Source: Antedon mediterranea (Eukaryota > Animalia > Echinodermata). Taken from it: 64,000 nucleotides of DNA. Positions within the stretch are counted from its first letter, which is position 1; each line of letters begins with the position of its first letter. Under the pieces are notes generated by a model. That model worked only from the letters and a program-made list of their open reading frames with translations, made no database searches and was not told where the DNA came from. The translations under genes and the position numbers were made by a program. Shown one piece after another: positions 50,801-64,000 of this stretch. The stretch lies in contig NC_092670.1 in the NCBI RefSeq assembly GCF_964355755.1, positions 2,408,201 to 2,472,200 of the forward strand. Direction: 5' to 3'.

Positions 50801-53690
50801 AAAGCCGCCTTTTGTGAACTGAGCATATACATCTGGATGGACATTTTGCAGTGTGACCATACTATTGATATGCACTGGCAACCATCTAGCATAGTTATAG
50901 TAATCAAGACTGAACATCCACGGGGCTATTAGGTACATGGATTTTACATACAAGTCGAAATTGGCTGATCTTATAGCTTTGACGAACTGCAACAAGATAA
51001 GTTCCATCCTTAGTGTAATCGACCAGAACTTGAACATAGGATGCCTCATATTTTCCCTGGACCAATCAGTCTCAGATAAAGGAACCGCTGTATTGTTGCA
51101 GTACGACAAATATGCCTCCTTCTTGTGTTGATATAAGACGCATGCTGTAACTTGATGAAAATATCGGCACAGCATGATGTTTGAAGAAGCATGAAGCATG
51201 GCATTGGCTTTTCCAGATGAGGCAAGTTTCGAGGCTGTGAGAAGATCAACCCATCCACTTCCATCGAGCCAATCACCTAGAGGCAAATGTAAAACTTTCA
51301 TTAATACTAAATAACAGAGTATACTATTTTGAACATAAACAGTAAGTGGTAAAAATAAATGTTATTGTCAAACTTTTTACCTATGCATTTCATAAATGTC
51401 ATCTCTATGTGCAGGTCACCCATCATGACAAGGAAATGTTCATCATCAATGTGTCCTTGCTTCGTCCACTGAATCTGCTTTGCCAAAGCATATAGCGGCT
51501 GGTCCACAGTCATTACCGGTATTTGACCTATTGAACATATAAGAAATGTAATATTAAGTATAAATAAATAATCAATGTAAGATTCCTACAAGAAAGACTA
51601 TGTGTTACATATACTTCAACTTACCAGGATTCAAAAACTCAACCTGTTTCTGTATTAACAACATCGCATGGTGAATCATTGCAGGGCTGTTTGCATGCTC
51701 ACGAAACAAGGGGAGCAGGGCAGTAATGACTTTGGCTGGAATGGAATTAGTCATCATTGCCGAGTGGTAGGCAGACCTGTATTAAATAGTCGAAATCAGG
51801 TTTAGTAATTGTGTAATTCAATACTTTTGTTGGAATTAAATTGGGTTGATAAATTAAGTTATTTTAATAACTTAATTTATCAAGATTTAAAAATCTTACC
51901 ATGTAAGTTTTTGGTTATCCGATATTTGATTCTCATTGGTGTTAAAGATTTCTTGAAGCACTTTCCCCATCCATAGTTCATCTGAGGAAGCGAAGTATGC
52001 AGTATCATCTTGGAGCTACCACTAATAAAAAAATATAAACAAGAATATTATTTCATGGTCCGGTATATTTACCAGACAATATAGAGGCTGTTTAGGACTT
52101 TTGAATAATAGATTTTTGTGGGTTTTATTTCAAAAGGTTTTAGTTTATTGTGGCTAAATTATTTTGGAAAACCTGGGATTCTCTACTCACCTCATGATTT
52201 CCTACATCTTTAGCATTCTTGACTATATTCTTTGTCTTCAAAACATATGGTGAAAGACTAGTGTAGTATGTAGGAAGCTGTTTCAATGTCTTTGATTGTA
52301 GCCTGTCCATCTGAAACTCAATGGGCTGCCTAATGGATCCATCATCTTTTTCTATGAGGTGCTGAGATGTAGATATGGCTGTGCCATGCCATGAATTCTT
52401 AGCTGTTCTGGAACTGGGATTGTGGTCTATGTTGTCAACAGCATGCGTGGTGAAGATAGTGTTTTGCAATGATGGAGGACAAATTACTCCATCTTTTTCA
52501 AACTGGTCGATGACACTATTACCCTGATATGTTAATAATGTTGTTAAGCTATCATAAGAAATACACAATCCTAGTGAATGAAGTCTGTTAATTAGATCTT
52601 CACTTCTAGTCTTCGAATAAATGAGAAACGCTATATACAGTAAATAGCTACTGGCGTTTCGTGATCTGCATTATTACGAAATGCTCCAGTTGGCGATCGC
52701 TTTTTTGCTGAGTTGAAGGCGATGAGCTGTGCCAAGACTAAAGCAGGAGACAACTTCGAGGACTTTACCTCATCCATGTTTTTCAATCCAGTTAACATGT
52801 ACATAAAAGACAAAAAGGTAGGAGACACCGAGTGTTCTTGACACTGTTCCCCGAAGTACCCAGTGAATAATTGCTTTCTATCAGACAATTCGGTTTTTAT
52901 TTTCCTAGCAAGTCGATAGATGCTAGTAGCGTTATTGCTTTGAGACTCGGTAACATATTTTAAAGCAGCTACTACATCATCTTTATAGGATATATATATA
53001 TTTCCTTCTTATCTGAAACAGCTTGTAAGTTACTGTCTAGGTCAAGGATCCTATCTTTCAGCCGGGTAACATTCACATTACTTTCTATGCCAACCAGCCT
53101 ACTTAAACTGCCGTCATAAAATTTTCTTATATCAGACAGTTTTATTGATGTTGCTATATCTGAATCTGTGTCTGGAGTAAGACATTCTTCAATAAACATC
53201 ATGATGGTTTCAGCAAGCACTGAGCTTTCATGGTCTTTCATTTTACAATTTTCATCCTTTTCGGTATTGAGGAACGACCTATATCGGTTTCGGAATTCTG
53301 CATTGCAGTTTATATGGTAACAAGCATCTCTTGCAAATAAATTACCCTCAGAGAGTTTGGCAATTAGCAGTGAATCTCCCATATCCTCAGCTGCCTTTCT
53401 AATAAAATCATCACAGTTATCAGTTCGAACTTTACACATTCGTTTATCTGCAGATGGGTGTTTCATTTTCCAATGTTCTGCCCTGAATATCCCTGGTTCA
53501 TTACAAAATAAACACAGACTTGATTGTAATTGTGTTTTGGTATCTAAGCTGGAGTGTGTTCTTTTAGATGGTGCATCCTCAAGACGCGTTTTTTTACGCT
53601 TTTTATTTGCAGCTGATTCTAAAATACGCTTGAGTTTTGAAGGTGCCAATTCTGCATGACATCCCTTATGCAATGTGGCTTTATAAGCTA
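47827..53690 (-). pseudogene. Academ transposase (DDE core plus XPG/PIN-like nuclease region), frameshifted and interrupted
   Basis: Motifs HAVDNID…SWHGTAIS, TVDQPLYALAKQIQW, MMGDLHIEM, NYARWLPVH, DHNHEQIN, EEADERMFVH, KTVDSDVVV, HSFSGCGTTS, IPPTSAALREH; several introns and frameshifts. Confidence 0.82.
49553..50381. mobile_element. PIF/Harbinger non-autonomous element inserted in the Academ ORF
   Basis: 17-bp TIR agcccctttctcacaga; TAA TSD on both sides; internal Myb/SANT-like remnant MSNWRDNEIRELLKIRGQEEI (about 49846); removal restores FETYMNS in frame. Confidence 0.88.
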
Positions 53691-56600
53691 GTCAATCTAG
53701 CATTTTGAGTGAAACAAATTGCAAACAGAGATTTTTTTTTTTTAATGGTTACATATGATAAGGTGATTATTTTTTGAGCATCACACCTCTGACATTCATC
53801 CCGAAGGTATGCAAATTAGCTTAAATATGCAAATTAGGGTGAAATTACAGTGTTACCATATCTTAAAAACTACTAATCGTAGAGAGTTCATTTTTACACA
53901 GTCTGGTTCATAATATATATATTTATATTTGCTCTAATGAGACATTTTACATAAAAATGTCCGGAAGTACCAAATTTTGACCCTTGACCCCATTTCTCAA
54001 TATTTACATAAATATGTGATTAAAATGTCTGTAGAGACTTTATTTTGGACTCAATGACTTGGATATTGTTTTTCAATACCCACCATAGAACTGTATTATA
54101 ATTCCTAAAATCACAACTTCGTCATGCACTTCGAAAGTATGCAAATTAGTAGTACAAGTAATATTAAATATGCAAATTAGGGAGTGAAATTACAGCGTTG
54201 CCATATCTCGAAAACCGCTAATGCTAGAGTATTGATTTTTTCACTAAAATATTTAAAATGTATATATTTATATTTGCTGTAATGAGACATTTTACAAAAA
54301 AAATGCCCGGAACTATGACATTTGACCCTCGACCCCATTTCTCAATATTGCATATATAATGAAAACTAAAATGTCTGTAGAGACTTTGTTTTGCCCTCAA
54401 ATGACTCGGATACAGGTTTCTAATAGCCAACATAGGAATGTTTAGTAAATCTCAAAATCACACCTGTATCACTCACCTTCAAAGTATGCAAATTATTAGT
54501 ACAAGTTACATGAAATATGCAAATTAGGGGGTGAAATTACAGGTTCCTATATGTATCGAAAACCGCTAAGGTAGAGAGTTAATTTTTTCAAAAACTTGTT
54601 CAGAATGTACATATTTATATTTGCTCTAATGAAACATTTTACGAAAAAATGACCGGAAATACAACAATTGACCCTTGACCCTATTTATCAATGTTTGCAT
54701 ACATAATGCGACTAAAATGTCTGTAGATAATTTTTTTGGACTCAAATGACTCGGATACAGTTTTCCTATTGTCAGCATAGGACCGCTTTGTAATTCCCAA
54801 AATCACATCTTTGTCACATACCTTGAAAGTATGCAAATTATTAGTACAAGTTACATGAAATATGCAAATTAGGGGTGAAATTACAGTCTTCCCATATCTC
54901 GAAAACCATTAATGCTAGAGAGTTGATTTGAATTCAGAGTTGATTCAGAATGTACATATTATTTAGATTCGCTGTAATGAAACATTTTACGCAAAAATTG
55001 TCATGATTGAATTATGACATTTGACCCTTGACCCTATTTCTCAATATTTTCATATAATTCAACTAAAATATCTGTACAGACTGTTTTGGCCTCAAATGAC
55101 TCAGATACAGGTTTCTATAGCCAGCATAGAACTGTTAGTAATTCTCAAAATCACACCTTTGTTACTTCCCTAGAAAATATGCAAATTAGTAGTACAAGAG
55201 GTGAAAGTTGCCATATCTCTATCGGTCATTAGCGTTTTTCGAGATACATAAGGCAAGAGGCTGTAATTTGCATATTTCATATAACTTGTACTAATAATTT
55301 GCATACTTTCGAGTTGCTTGACTTTTTGGAATTACTAAACGATCCTATACTGGCTATATAAAACCTGTATCCAAGTCATTTGAGGCCAAAACAAAGTCTG
55401 TACATACATTTTAGTTACATTATATGCAAATATTGAGAAATAGGTTCGAGGGTCAAATGTCATACTTTCGATAATTTTTTTTTCAATAATGACCCAGATA
55501 CAGGTTTTCTATAGCCAGCATAGAACTGTTTAGTAATTCTCAAAATCACACCTCTGTTACTTCGCTTGAAAGTATGCAACTCAGTAGTACTGTACTAGAA
55601 AGTTGCCATATCTCTCTCTCTCTCTCTCTCGGTCATTAGCGTTTTCGAGATACATAAGGCAATTCACTGTAATTTGCATATTTCATATAGCTTGTACTAC
55701 TAATTTGCATCCTTTCGAGGTGCTTGACTTATACTGGCTATATAAAACCTGTATCCGAGTCATTTGAGGCTAAAACAATGTCTGTACATACATTTTAGTT
55801 GCATTATGCAAATATTGAGAAATAATAATAATAATATTCTGGATTTATATAGCGCCTAATGTTGTGAAACCTCTAAGCGCTGTACATAAACTAATACGAA
55901 AAAAGGGAATTCCAACCATGCCAAAATGAAGGCGTGATTTTGGGAATTACAAAGCGGTCCTATGCTGACTATAGGAAACATGTATCCGAGTTATTTGAGT
56001 CCAAAACAAAGTCTCTACAGACATTTTAGTCGCATTATGTATGCAAACATTGATAAATGGGGTCGAGGGTCAATTGTTGTATTTCCGGTCATTTTTTCGT
56101 AAAATGTTTCATTAGAGTAAATATAAATATGTACATTCTGAACAAGTTATTGAAAAAATCAACTCTCTAGCCTTAGTGGTTTTCGATATATAGGAACCTT
56201 TAATTTCACCCTCTAATTTGCATATTTCATGTAACTTGTACTAATAATTTGCATACTTTGGAGGTGAGTGATACAGGTGTGATTTTGAGATCTACTAAAC
56301 AGTCCTATGTTGGCTATTAGAAACCTGTATCGGAGTCATTTGAGGGCAAAACAAAGTCTCTACAGACATTTTAGTTTCATTTATATATGCAATATTGAGA
56401 AATGGGGTCGAGGGTCAAATGTCATACTTCCGGTCAATTTTTTGTAAAATGTTTCATTGGAGCAAATAGAAATATGTACATTTTGAATACGGCTGTGAAA
56501 AAATCAGCTCTCTAGCATTAGTGGTTTTCGAGATATAGGACAACTGTAATTTTTTCCCCTTATTTGCATATTTTATTTAAATTGTACTACTAATTTGCAT

Positions 56601-57063
56601 ACTTTTGAGGTGTGTGACAAAGGTGTGATTTTGGGAATTACAAAGTGATCCTATGCTGGTTATTAGGAACCTATGTCTGGGTCATTTGAGGGCAAAATAA
56701 AGTCTCTACAGACATTTTAGTCACATTGTATATGCAAACATTGGGAAATGGGGTCGAAGGTCAAATGTTGTACTTCCGGTCATTTTTTCGTAAAATGTTT
56801 CATTAGAGTAAATATAAATATATACATTTTGAATAGATCAGTGAAAATATCAACTCTCTCGGACTAGTAGTTTTTGAGATATGGTAACCCTGTAATTTCA
56901 CCCTAATTTGCATATTTAAGCTAATTTGCATATCATCGGGATGAGTGACAGAGGTGTGATGCTCAAATTTTGATCTCCTCATCATATATGACCATTTAAA
57001 AAAGAAAAATCTCTGTTTGCAATTTGTTTCACTTTGGGCTGTTTTTTTTTGCTAGATTGACTA
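53689..57063. mobile_element. Foldback non-autonomous element (Academ-like TAG…CTA ends) nested in the Academ transposase 5' region
   Basis: TIR tagtcaatctagc…gctagattgacta; each arm built from about 350-bp tandem units that are inverted between arms; splits NLKAHN / YKATLHKGC. Confidence 0.8.
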
Positions 57064-57668
57064 GCCTATTATGTGCTTTAAGGTTATCAGCAATATCTGT
57101 ATCCCCACTCAGGTCCGATAAAGCAGTACTGATCTTATTTGGTAATGGTAGACCTTCATTAATAAAGTTGTTTATGTTCCTTGCTAATGCTGCATACCCA
57201 CATACTTTTGGATTCAAGTTTGCAGATGGCACTATAGGTCATCTCCACCATCACGCTGACACAGAACACATGCGCTCCAATCCATCCTACTGGAGCTATA
57301 ATAAAAGAAGCAATCGTAAGAACCCATTTTCTATTTTCAAGACCATCATTTATTCATTTAAATTTATTCAATAAATCTTGGAATCCAAGCCTAAACTTTG
57401 CCTATGCCTAGCCTAATAAAGCTATGTCTGGGTGCCTAGTCAATGCCTACAGTAGGCGTAAAATGATAGCCTACACAGTCAGTCAGGCTACCTACTCTAT
57501 CTTTGCTTAGGCCTAAATCATAATGGAAAATAAACAGTAATATTATTATGATAATATGTTTAGGCCTATTAATTTAATCACAAAATTGATTATAAATATA
57601 GTACTTACTTTTTATGCAGAAGCATCTACTAGTGAAAAATATCTGCTTGCTCACTCAGTGTGCAAAAA

Positions 57669-57809
57669 GAGTGTTGACAAAGTGAGAGGCAGCGAGGCAA
57701 GCGAGGCATGCCAAATATTTGTGCGAGGCATCATTTTATCATTTCCAAAAGTGCGAGGCATGCGAGGCATATAGTTTACAATTTCAAAAAGGTTTGAGGC
57801 ATATCTTAA
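57669..57809 (+). mobile_element. One end of a MULE-type MITE (gcgaggca repeats), interrupted by Kolobok
   Basis: Near-identical inverted copy at 61182-61331; sequence diverges exactly after ttaa. Confidence 0.75.
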
Positions 57810-58393
57810 AGGACAACTGTACCGAGGACCATATTTTAAAAACGTATTAGGCGTATACATATGATTTCAGAACCATCGCGAAATCGAGGATATCGCCGCA
57901 CGCGCTCGCCGTACAGCCGTCGCCGTAAATTGCTGTGACGTCACAGGTGCATCGCATAATCTACTTAATGAGTTTTCGCTGTTGTTACCATACAATAGAT
58001 AGGTACCGTCACTTCAATTGCTTATTTAACCTTTTAAATTACTTAAATTTGCCGAAAATGTTTTCCTGGTATTTTGAAGTAAACACTTCAATATCCAGAT
58101 AGACAAAACAAACAATAAAACAATTCAACTTTTATATTTTTTTACGATTTATTTAAAAAGTGTGTTTACTAGAAATGTTCGCGCTTTGCGAGACTTGTCT
58201 ATGGGACCCGAAGAGTAGCTAGTAGAAACATGACGTATGACGTTCTGGAATCATTCAACCATATCGGACTCAAAACTTTTTCTCTGCTAGCTAGCGATTT
58301 TTGGGCCGTGTGCGAGCTTCCTCCTCCTCGTGTGTGTGACGGTGGTGTGATCAACATTGTGTAGAGTAGTAGTAGAGAGAGAGGGAACTGAAA

Positions 58394-61300
58394 ATGCCGG
58401 CGTGTGTTGTTTCAAATTGTCGGGAATACGAAAAAGCCCGATTAGATGGAATACCCTTTCATACCTTTCCAAATGATAAGACGTTGGCCAGAAGATGGTT
58501 AACTGTTATTAGAAACGCTAATTTGAATCCCGGCTGTAAGCCGTCGACATACAGAACTCTGCGAGTTTGTGGAAAGCACTTCATGAAGTCAGATTACCTA
58601 CCTGACCCAAAACACGATCTAGCTCCGCATCTTTACAAGCCAAAACACCGCCTGAAACCTGACGCAGTACCAAGTATATTTGCATTTAACAAACCTAGTA
58701 GTACAACTATGAGAAGTGCATTTAAAAAAAGACAGGAGGCTGGTAATCAAGAATCGGTAAGAACAATGATGAATTTACCACCAGAACAATAATATTAACG
58801 CCGTGGTTAGGATTCCGGCACCGGAACTCAACTGCCCACCGTTAGGGAATCCGACACGCTATTGCGCATGCTCATAGCTCTGGGAAGTGAATTATAGCTT
58901 GCACTTATAGAGTGCCACACACACCACACCACCGAGAGTCGGAGTGTTATAGGGATTTACTGTAGCCTAGATAGTCGTTGCGCGAGCGAGAGAGCGATGG
59001 ATGAAACTTGGCCTATGCCATACATGAATTAATAATTAAAATACGACTACGCCACGCGTTAAAATAATTATAATGATATTAATAAGTATCAGTATCTATC
59101 TAAGAATCGTAATGCTGTTTTTAGCGTTGCGACCCTGACTTTCCGAACAGTTTTCACATCCACGCGGTGGCTGCCGTCAACAAATCAACTTGTGATTGCA
59201 TGTTGTTATGTACAGTATAATGCGTTATGAAAAATCATAAAACTAGTCATGTAATTATATAATTCATAATGATATGAAGTTTATATATGAATGAAGCAAC
59301 CACTATTTAATTAAAAAATAAATAGGCCCACTGGTCACGTCTAACTGGTAACCCTAGCCTAGATTAGTGGATACCGTATTAGTAGGCATCTAGACTAGTT
59401 TGCCGTGTGTGGCGCAGCTATGAAATGATCCATCGCTGTTGTTGATAGGGTAGTAACAAAGTGCGAGGCAGCGAGGCACGCGAGGCAGGGAAGGCATGCG
59501 AGGCAAGTCAGAAATTTATGCGAGGCATCGTTTTACCATCATCAAAAAATGCGAGGCATCATTTTATCATTTCTCAAAATTGCAAGGCAGGAAATCACCG
59601 AAATTGAAGTAGCCTAGGCCTAGGCCCGCTAGGCTAGTTTCCTTTTGCACCTGCCTTGTATTTTAACCAACTTTATCCTGAATACCACAGCTTAGAATTA
59701 GTAGGCCTATTTTAATGAAGAAAAATCACATAAAAGTAACAATAAATCCATTAAATTGGTGATTTTACAGACGTTGTTTTTCTCGCATTTCGCACACTCA
59801 ATGTTCAATATTTTGGTTTCTATGGAACGCCAAAAGAGCAAAATTAATTAGAGGGCTAAAAACTCTGTAGAATCCATTTATATTTAACGCATTATTTGGT
59901 GAAAATCAAGTACAATTTCAATAGATTTTGTCACTGTCAGTAAGGAAAAATGTTACTGTTGATAATGTACATGGTTTCGTTAACCTTTTAAAGAATAAAA
60001 TAGAAAAATTCATCATAATATCCTTAGTAGGATGTCCTAGGTCTAGACTAGGTAGTGATGTTGATTTAGGATCGATTATTATTCTTTGAAAACAGAACAG
60101 TATCAGCAGTAACATATTACAACATTTTTATTGACAAATTAACAAATATATTGAAATAAAACGTGTTTTTCACCAATAAATGCATGAGAAATTGACGCAT
60201 TCCACTGAGTTTTAGTCCTCTATTATCGTTGCTCTTTTGGCGCTCCATAGAAACAAAAAATATTGAACATTGAACAAGTGAAATTCGCGAACAGTGTGCG
60301 AGAAACACGCCTGTAAAATCATTAATTTAAGGATTTATTTGTTACTTTTTATGTGATTCTTTCATTAAAGTACTCATGAGGTATACTTCTAAGGTGTGGT
60401 ATTCACACGATAAAGTTAGTTATGATTATCAAATTTGGAGTAAAAATACAAGCGAAGGAAACTATAGCGCCAGGTTTATTAGTACGTACATGGACAACAA
60501 TAAATAAAAATCGTTCGTAATATACCTAGCTTACTAAAACAGGAATAGTGTATCATTATTAAATATTACACCAATTATTATTTTATCAAAATTGATTAAA
60601 TTATTTTCTACATAGGCCTCTTATCTAGGTTAGGGCTAAGCATATTAGCTAAAGTTTAATTTTAGGCCTAGTATTACAAGTCTTTTTTCACACGCGCTCC
60701 AGAATTCTGTCGCAATTTTTTTCTTTGCGGCATGTTATTGGATCGGCATATCATCAGTTACCTTTTATTCACCGCCAGTTATTGAACTTGTCCTGGCAAT
60801 CACTGTTCACCTTATTTGCGAGAGAGGTACACGTGTTGTTCCTAGAGAATGGAATGTCAAAAATGTCTTTGGCACGCCGCTCAGAGAGAAGTCTGTGCGT
60901 TGCTGCTGAAACCACGTGCTATAGGAGGGGAATGCACCACAATCCTCTGAGCTGAGGGCTGAATCATTCCGCTACCTGCTAAATAGTAAAGAGGGATTTT
61001 CCATCTCTCGGGTCTACCGGATCTAGGCGCAGGGGTGTGACAAAATATTATTTTCACTCTGCTATGTTCGAGAGACATGTGAGTAAAATAAAATAAACAA
61101 CATGATGAGTGTATACACGAATCTATTTAGATACGCTTGTATCGATTGATTATTAGGCCTATAATATAGCATAATAGCACGTTAAGATATGCCTCGCACC
61201 TTTTTGAAATTGTAAACTATATGCCTCGCATGCCTCGCACTTTTGGAAATGATAAAATGATGCCTCGCACAAATATTTGGCATGCCTCGCTTGCCTCGCG

Positions 61301-63909
61301 TGCCTCGCTGCCTCGCACTTTGTCAACACTCTTGTTGATAGGTGGTATAGAGTCGCCGATTACCTCGCTCTGGGCATGCGCAATAGCGTGTCGGATTCCC
61401 TAACGCTGGGCAGTTGAGTTCCGGTGCCGGAATCCTAACCACGGCGTAATATTAATAATTAGGCCTAATATATCAAAGTAAATTATAGGCCTAATAAGTT
61501 TTTTTTTTCTTTTTATGTTTAGGCTAAGCCTAAAAAAAAATTAACAATTGACTGGGCCTACTACTCTGTACATTATTAAAATATTACATTTATGATATAG
61601 GCCTAGGGATTTTAGGCTATGCCTAGCCTATAAATCCAAACAAGAAAAAATATAGCCTAGGCCTATGCTAGATAGTATTACTACTACTACTAGCTAGAGA
61701 TAGGCCCTTTCTTAGTGCATTATTTTTTTTTAATGAAAAATGCTATAATGATGATTACTACTAACTAGGCCTACTAACTACTAGCCATCATTTGGTGATT
61801 GAGAACAACAACAATTAACACTAACTATAGTTTAAAAAAACAATTCTATTTTTTGTTACTGTGTAGAAATGGTATTAAAGAAAAATAAATATATTTAGTT
61901 TTTCACAGGCTCAGAATCATCGCATACATCACATGATGTCCAAGAAAAAAAATCAGTACATGGCAATGATGATGAGGTATGATTATTTATGGTTTATCTA
62001 TCTTCACCAACTTGTGAATGCGTAGTGTATGTAATATCAAATTCTGTAAACTATATAATATTATAATTTTACAGGACTTAAATGTAAGCTTTTCATCATC
62101 ACATGGAAATGAGTCGATGGGATGGATACCAGAAGAGGACAGTTCTTCTTCCTCTGAAGAAGAAATAGAAGTAGTAGATGATAATGTTACAGGAAAAGTG
62201 ATAGTCAATGTTGATAGTGTGCTTGAAATGTTTAAGCGATGCCAAGAATGCGGTCAGAAGATAATATCAACAAATGTGTTATACAGGGGAGCAAAAATAA
62301 TTGTACATTGGCAATGTACTGAATATCACTTTGGCAAATGGGAAAGCTGTCCAGATGTTCGTGGAATGGCAGAAATCAATTTACTTACAGCCTCTGCTAT
62401 TTTGTACAGTGAAAACACATATCAAGCAATTAATAATTTTGCTAAAATTCTTGATATGCATTTTTTATCATCATCAAGTTTTTATCAAATTCAAAAATGT
62501 TATTTGTTGCCAGTCATAAATGAAGCATATAAGGAACAACAAGATGTGATGATTGCCGAACTCATTTTAAGAAGTTTGGATAATGAGACTATCTCAATTT
62601 TGGGGGACGCCCGGTCAGACTCGCCAGGGTATTCCGCAAAATATTCTACGTACTCTTTTATTGAAGAGAAAAGTGACAAAATTGTTGATGCTCGGCTGAT
62701 ACAAGTGACGGAATGTTCCAGCTCAGTAGCAATGGAAAAGGAAGGTTTCATCAGAAGTTTAGAGTTTTTGTTGGGTCATGGCATCAACATCAAAACAATC
62801 ACAACTGACAGATCACCATCAATCAGAAAAGTTATGAAGGACGAATACTGGGAGATATCACATCAGCTTGATTGCTGGCATGTTTGTAAAGGTATGATTG
62901 ATACAGTAAAATAATTTTCTAACAAACTAAAACCAAATTAAATCCTTCATTTTTTTTACTCTCATCAGTATATAAATAAGCACCATATACATATTGTACA
63001 AATGAGCATTATATGAGTTTGCTCTAATCTATCTCATCTCGCACAGTGTAATTTCAATTGACACTTCTTCTAGTCTACTAGTGTAGCACCAGCGAGTACA
63101 GTATATACTGTAATCATGTTTGTAAAGTTCATAAATTGTTTTACTAATACTATATTGTATATTTTATCAAATATTTCAGGCATTAAAAAGAAAGTCTTGG
63201 CAAGTGGTAAAAAGAAGGGAAATGAGCACCTATTATTGTGGACCAAGAGCATAACAAACCATTTGTGGTTCTGTTGTGCAACTTGTAAAGGTGATGTCCA
63301 GGTATGACCACTAGTGAATTTTTTTTTCAATCGACAGGGGTGAAGAGGAAAAGCAAAAGTAATGAAACTCTCATCTTGTGATGTGCTTAACAAGCCCTGT
63401 CAATATACTGTAAACAAAACAAAAATATATATTTATGTACATCATCATATTGATAATTGATATATAAAATACTCAAAATTAAAAAATCAGTTCTGCTTTA
63501 TACTGTGTTTATTATTAATAAGTACTATATAATTAATACAGAAATAAAAATAAAGTTGTGTCCAATAAAAAATATTGCAGTACTATATAAACTGCTCTTA
63601 TACTAGTATAAAAGAAAAAAGAGCACCATCATCATCATTCTCTAAATTGAGCTTTACACTATTTTTTTACTAATGTTTAGGTACTCAAAAACAGGTGGAA
63701 ATCAATTTTAAATCACGTGGTAAATGTTCACAGATGGGAGGAAGATGGGATTGAGAATACCTGTGCACACAGTGCCCTAACAGAAGAAGAAGCAGAAAGC
63801 AAGATATGGCTAGAATATGATTCGCCAGCCTATGATGCTTTGAAAAAAATTGTACTGGATAAAAGATTAGATAATGATCTTGGTCAACTTGGAGAATTTA
63901 AGCATACTG
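58394..63909 (+). CDS. Kolobok THAP-domain DDE transposase, spliced, open so far, 3' end outside the window
   Basis: Exons 58394-58742 (THAP: CVVSNC…FHTFP…W…VCGKHF…LKPDAVPSIF), 61909-61976, 62075-62891 (GDARSDSPGYSAKY, MEKEG, TTDR, DCWH), 63180-63301 (ITNHLWFC), 63681-63909 (HVVNVH…CAH…KHTG); phases compatible; exon-1 donor chosen by phase. Confidence 0.82.
59448..61331. mobile_element. MULE/Mutator-type MITE
   Basis: 9-bp TSD ttgttgata (59439-59447 and 61332-61340); imperfect TIRs rich in gcgaggca. Confidence 0.82.
59637..60461. mobile_element. Foldback MITE (same family as about 16780-17450)
   Basis: Long inverted arms (gcacctgccttgtatttt; ttctatggaacgccaaaagagcaa / ttgctcttttggcgctccatagaa). 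Confidence 0.68.
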
Positions 63910-64000
63910 GTGGGTGTGAAATGTTTTTTGTGTAGACAATAAGAATTAAACGTTAGTGTAAAACCCATTTTACTTACTCACTGCTCAATTCTTCAATTCA

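Larger units (their letters stand above)
47227..57300 (-). mobile_element. Academ DNA transposon, decayed, with nested insertions; right end not found
   Basis: Left end taggcctgttaag… with caaaatggcg subterminal repeats, starting where homology to the 10385 paralog stops; transposase fragments from MDWSACVLCQ (about 57280) down to 47827. Confidence 0.75.
58798..61447. mobile_element. TIR element in Kolobok intron 1
   Basis: About 80-bp TIR acgccgtggttaggattccggcaccggaactcaactgccca…; aatatta on both flanks. Confidence 0.82.
57810..64000 (+). mobile_element. Kolobok DNA transposon (continues beyond the window)
   Basis: TTAA|AGGACAAC left terminus followed by a THAP plus DDE transposase gene. 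Confidence 0.75.

Noticed and set aside
57669-61331. Inverted repeats at 57669-57809 and 61182-61331 as TIRs of one THAP-carrying element
   Set aside because: The right repeat belongs to a separate MITE with its own 9-bp TSD, and the THAP exon splices to transposase exons beyond 61331.

Overview
AT-rich, intron-containing, repeat-dense animal DNA, probably a marine invertebrate (an echinoderm-like guess, inferred from gene and transposon families). The main feature is a minus-strand gene of at least 15 coding exons (ATG at 46165, running down to about 25.7 kb). I spliced it by hand, in frame at every GT-AG junction, into about 1560 aa with the order: short N-terminus with no death-fold domain, NACHT ATPase, RI-type LRRs, Roc GTPase, COR. 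This is an NLR-Roco fusion, and its Roc G4 motif reads THLN instead of THxD. A truncated, chimeric duplicate of the gene's 5' end lies at about 7.2-10.4 kb. The rest is mostly transposable elements: (1) a palindromic Penelope-like (GIY-YIG) insertion with a 13-bp TSD and a minimal hammerhead ribozyme in each arm; (2) three related non-autonomous Helitrons, two joined head-to-tail; (3) a tRNA-containing element with terminal direct repeats; (4) LINE fragments, MITEs and minisatellites; (5) from 47.2 kb to the end, a nested stack of a decayed Academ transposon, a MULE-type MITE and an apparently intact THAP-Kolobok transposase with further MITEs in its intron. All coordinates were read by eye and family names come from motif recognition, not database searches.
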